Positions 61,038 through 64,000 of a DNA stretch of 64,000 nt are shown in pieces. This stretch comes from Nitrospirota bacterium. GTDB lineage: Bacteria; Nitrospirota; UBA9217. Each line of letters opens with the position of its first letter. The first letter of the stretch is position 1. The notes beneath the pieces were generated by a model. The model did no database searches. It saw nothing but the letters and a program-made list of their open reading frames with translations, and was not told the origin of the DNA. The stretch spans positions 1,632,001 through 1,696,000 of the forward strand of contig CAVVUN010000015.1 in assembly GCA_963751455.1 (NCBI GenBank). Direction: 5' to 3'. A program made the translations under genes and the position numbers.

Positions 61038-64000
61038 ATGATCATATCAAACTACGAACTGCTCGAAAAGCTCGCCGAGGCGCCGCAGGCCGCGGTCTAC
61101 AGGGCTTTTCACAAGAAGAATCCCGAACGCGTCCTGGCCCTGAAGATTCTGAAGGCTGGGAGCCTGTCCGAACACAAGAAGGCCCAGTTCAGGCAGAAGA
61201 TCGAGCATCTTCGCATCCTGAACGATCCCTTGGTGATCACGCCGATATCCTTCTTCGAGTCGGACGGGATCTGCTGCATAACCCAGGAGTACTTTGAGGC
61301 GATTACCCTGGACAAGCTTCAGGAAACGCATTCGAGGTTGAACCTAAATGATTTTTTCACCATCGCGTGCAAGCTCGCCCGTGCCCTCGAAAAGGTCCAC
61401 GACGCGGGGATCATCCACGGAGGCATCAAGCCGCATAATATACTGGTCGACGTGAGCAAACTCGACATCCGGCTTATCGATTTCATGAGCGCCGTGGACG
61501 TGCGCGACGTCTCCCATTTTATCTACGACCGGGCCTTTGTCCGGGACACGCTGGCCTATACATCCCTGGAGCAGACGGGACGCATCAACCACCGCGTGGT
61601 CTTTTCATCGGACCTCTATTCCCTCGGGATCGTGCTGTACGAGATGCTGACCGGCCGCCTCCCGTTCTATTCAGAGGACCCCCTGGAGCTGATCCACGCC
61701 CACCTTGCGAAGGAAGCGCCCAGGGTCCACGAGCTGAATCCCAACATCCCCGTAGCGCTTTCCAAGATCATAGCCAAGCTCATGCTGAAGCAGCCTGAAA
61801 AGCGTTACCAGTCGAGCGGCGGGCTCTTAGCCGACCTCGCCAGGTGCAGGGATGAGTTTTCAGCCATCGGCACGATCCGCGAGTTTCCGTTAGAAAGCAG
61901 CTTCCTTACCCAGCGGGTCGCCTTCATATCGAAGATGGTGGGCCGCGATAAGGAAGCGGACACCATTTTGGACGAATACGAGCAGGCGGCTAAGGGCGCC
62001 TTCCGCGCCTTGTTCATTTCCGGCCTTTCCGGCATCGGCAAGACCCGCCTGATCCAGGAACTGCAGAAGCCGATCGTAAAGCACCGGGGCTACTTTACCT
62101 CCGGCAAATTCGACGTGTACCAGAAGAACATCCCGTACAGCTCCCTGATCCAGGCCCTTAAAAACCTGATGCGGACCTTCCTGACCGAGAGCGACGAACG
62201 GGTGGCCCTCTGGAAGACCAAGATAGTAAAGGCCGTGGGCAAGAACGGAAAGGTCCTGACGGACGTGATCCCGGAGCTCGAAATACTGATTGGGCCCCAG
62301 CCCGGGGTGAAGCAGCTCCCCCCGGTGGAATCGCTCAACCGCTTCCACGATCTCTTCGACCGTTTCCTCACCTGCCTCGCGAGCGAGGAAAACCCGCTCA
62401 CGCTCTTTATCGACGATTTGCAGTGGTGCGACGTGGCCTCCTTCGACTTCCTGGCCGAACATCTTCGCGAACTACAAGGACCATCCTTATCTGTTTCTTT
62501 TGGGGGCCTACCGCCATAACGAGGTGGATTCAAGCCATCCCCTGTCGAAGCTTATCCGAAACGTCAACGAGGGGAACCAACCGTTGGAGGAGATAAGGCT
62601 GGACCCCCTGAAGCCCCAGCATTGTCACGAGATGGTCTCCTACATACTCGATTCCCCCCGTCAGCAGACGAGGGCCCTGGCGGATTTCATCAATACGCTC
62701 TCCGAGGGGAACCCCCTGTTCGTATCCGAAAGCCTGTCCTACCTTCACAATGAAGACCTTCTCTTTTTAGACAGCGACAGGCAGTGGCGCTGGGACCTGG
62801 ACAAGATCAGGCAGTCCCACATGCCGACCACCGTGGTCGCGCTTTTCTCCTCGAAGATCAGGAAGCTCCCGCAAGATCTCGTAACGCTTCTCGAATACTG
62901 CGCATGCATGGGCAATACCTTTTCGCCGACCGAGATTTCCGAAATCCGGGAAATGAGCCTGATCGAGACGTTCGAGATGCTGAAGCCGGCTTTGGGCCAG
63001 GGCCTGATCATGGAGACCAAGAACCAGCTCCAGTTCATCCACGACCGGGTCCAGGAAGCCGTGTTGTCTGCGATCCCGGCCAAGCGGCGGCGCGAGATCC
63101 ACTGGACCATCGGCAACCACCTCCTGGCCGCGATGCCCCCGGGCGCGGACGTGGAAAAGCTCGAAAACCTGTTCACCATCGTCTCACACCTGAACCTCGG
63201 CAGGGACGAGCACCCGGACTCCGGCTCTTCCTACTCTCTTTCGGAGCTCAACTATCATGCCGGCAACAAGGCCCTTGACTCTCTCGCTACGGAGGCGGCC
63301 AACGAGTACTTCAACCTGAGCCGCGAGCTTCTGCCGGAAGACTGCTGGACCGCGGGCCATTACGAGCGCACGTTCCGCATCTTCAAGAAGGTGGCGAAGA
63401 CCGAGCTCATGTGCGGCAACTACGCCAAATCGGAAAAGCTCCTGGCCCAGCTCCTGGAGCACGCGAAGACGGACCTGGACAAGGCCGAATGCCTGGCTGA
63501 ACAGACGACCTCGCTGTCCTCCATCGGAAACTTCATCAAGGCGATCGAAACCGCCAACCGGGGGCTCGCCTATTTCGACAAGGCCATTCCCGAAAGCCCG
63601 GAAGAGTCCGACAAACGGAGAGCGGATTTGATGGCCGAAATCTCCGCCAGGGGCATCGACGTGTGGGATACGATCCTGAACATGCCCTTTACGAACGATA
63701 GAAAGAGCAAGATCGAGCTTGCCTTTTACAGTGAGCTTATCCCGGACCTTTACATGTCCGGCCTCGTGCCCCAGCTTTATCTCTCCGCTGCACAGTCCAC
63801 CCAACACTGCCTCGCGGGCGGCATGGACGAGTCCGTGATCTACTCTTTCAGCATCATGGGCCTTCAGCTCGGAGAGCAGGAGGAGTTCGAACAGGCCTTC
63901 AAGTACGAAGACCTGGCCCGCGACCTTTCCGCGAAATATCCCAATACCTTCGGCGCCACCCGGGGGATGAACGGGATCGTATGGTGCAACATGCACTCCC
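61038..64000 (+). CDS. Ser/Thr kinase-like plus AAA ATPase multidomain signalling protein; +1 frameshift near 62457; truncated by the window end
   Basis: IIHGGIKPHNIL, SDLYSLG, GLSGIGKT, FIDDLQW; continues in the next frame as GAYRHNEVD, GNPLF, FIHDRVQ. Confidence 0.85.

Noticed and set aside
11820-64000. Genome-wide TGA reassignment (genetic code 4 or 25)
   Set aside because: TGA acts as a normal stop for many genes here (thiG, thiE, thiD, purD, purE), and Trp is encoded by TGG.

Overview
Bacterial chromosomal window from a Gram-negative organism (Nitrospirota/Deltaproteobacteria-like is my impression and is not verified). Bases 1-45 kb are mostly housekeeping: argS, tgt-yajC-secD-secF, typA, degQ, addAB, ferredoxin-trxA-TlpA, tRNA-Gly, cobU/S/C, a TPP-riboswitch thi cluster, rph, larE-like, purD, purE, tsaC and PhoH2. 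Bases 45-64 kb are a signalling cluster: MASE3-type histidine kinase, NarL regulator, RpoS-like sigma factor, CheB-CheR-PAS, an 11-PAS kinase and a Ser/Thr kinase-AAA protein. Three things are hidden from the ORF track. (1) Two probable selenoproteins with an in-frame TGA at a Cys position and a downstream SECIS-like hairpin: a flavoprotein disulfide reductase with CLNVGU, and a secreted rhodanese with CRGAGU. (2) A decayed REP-associated tyrosine transposase (RAYT) with its cognate REP doublets; one doublet forms the in-frame linker fusing ThiS to ThiG. (3) A dense, nested set of tiny non-autonomous elements at most gene junctions, including a 31-101 bp element found only inside other repeats.
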